NCBI RefSeq assembly: GCF_006345805.1
Contig: NC_043010.1
Coordinates: 67,332,001 to 67,396,000, forward strand
From: Octopus sinensis
Lineage: Eukaryota
Length of the DNA: 64,000 nucleotides
Direction: 5' to 3'
Below, in pieces: positions 63,468 through 64,000 of this stretch; the first letter of the stretch is position 1, and each line of letters begins with the position of its first letter. A program made the translations under genes and the position numbers. The notes beneath the pieces are model-generated. The model worked only from the letters and a program-made list of their open reading frames with translations, was not told the DNA's origin and did no database searches.

Positions 63468-64000
63468 ACACATGCACACATACAAATATGCACACATATG
63501 AGCATATGTGTGTGTGTGTGTGTGTTATTTTATATTGGGCTGTTGAAATACAATGTCTTATTTCAAACACAATGGTTATATTATGTTTGAAATAAGACAA
63601 TTTATGCAGAATTACCATGACTCTAATTCAGCAGATTGACCAGTAATTGGGTCCTTTATTTCCACTCAATGCCGTGAAGGGCACCCATCTAATATGACTT
63701 AGATGTAACGTTACATGAAAGTGAGAACGAAAGGAAGCAAGCTGAGAAAGAAAATAAAACAAAATGCAAAAGGTGAATTATTATAGAATATGATGACCTA
63801 GTTTCAGTGTTGTCAAAAACATTATAATTATGCAACATATGTTTATTCTGACCTATTCTGTAGAATGTATAAATATATCGAAACAGATTCTATTACTTAA
63901 CTCTTTGAGTGCTTCTCACTGGAACAGCTTAGCATGCCGAAGAAGTAGAGCTTGTCCTACAAAACTGTATTTCTGTTTCACACACTTAAAAATGTATTAA

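Overview
AT-rich, microsatellite- and SINE-dense eukaryotic DNA. The repeat families and the clustered C2H2 zinc-finger genes point to a coleoid cephalopod, most likely Octopus (inference, not a database result). Three genes are supported: (1) a + strand 8-finger C2H2 ZNF ORF at 2011-2931; (2) a paralogous + strand 10-finger C2H2 ZNF ORF at 22615-23838, probably transcribed from a CpG-retaining promoter region near 13.1-14.9 kb; (3) a convergent, multi-exon, - strand gene I cannot name, with a 1.4 kb basic/Ser/Asn-rich exon at 28436-29845 and several phase-compatible small exons between 25.7 and 40.7 kb. The rest is decayed mobile DNA (tRNA-headed SINEs with intact TSDs, RTE, CR1/L2-like and REL-type LINE 3' ends, Tc1/mariner/maT fragments and MITEs, a non-autonomous Helitron) and simple repeats; most listed ORFs are microsatellite artefacts. 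The best leads are: a sharply bounded ~333 bp gene-conversion-like tract shared by the two ZNF genes; apparent re-wiring of the 5' end of ZNF-A; a candidate minimal hammerhead ribozyme at ~12.1 kb; an 80-bp near-perfect inverted repeat at 52.3 kb whose two mismatches are both A-C on the + strand; and an ordered tandem array inside an RTE 3' UTR. I found no CRISPR array, rRNA or true tRNA gene, and no clearly new multi-gene system. All identities are hand counts.
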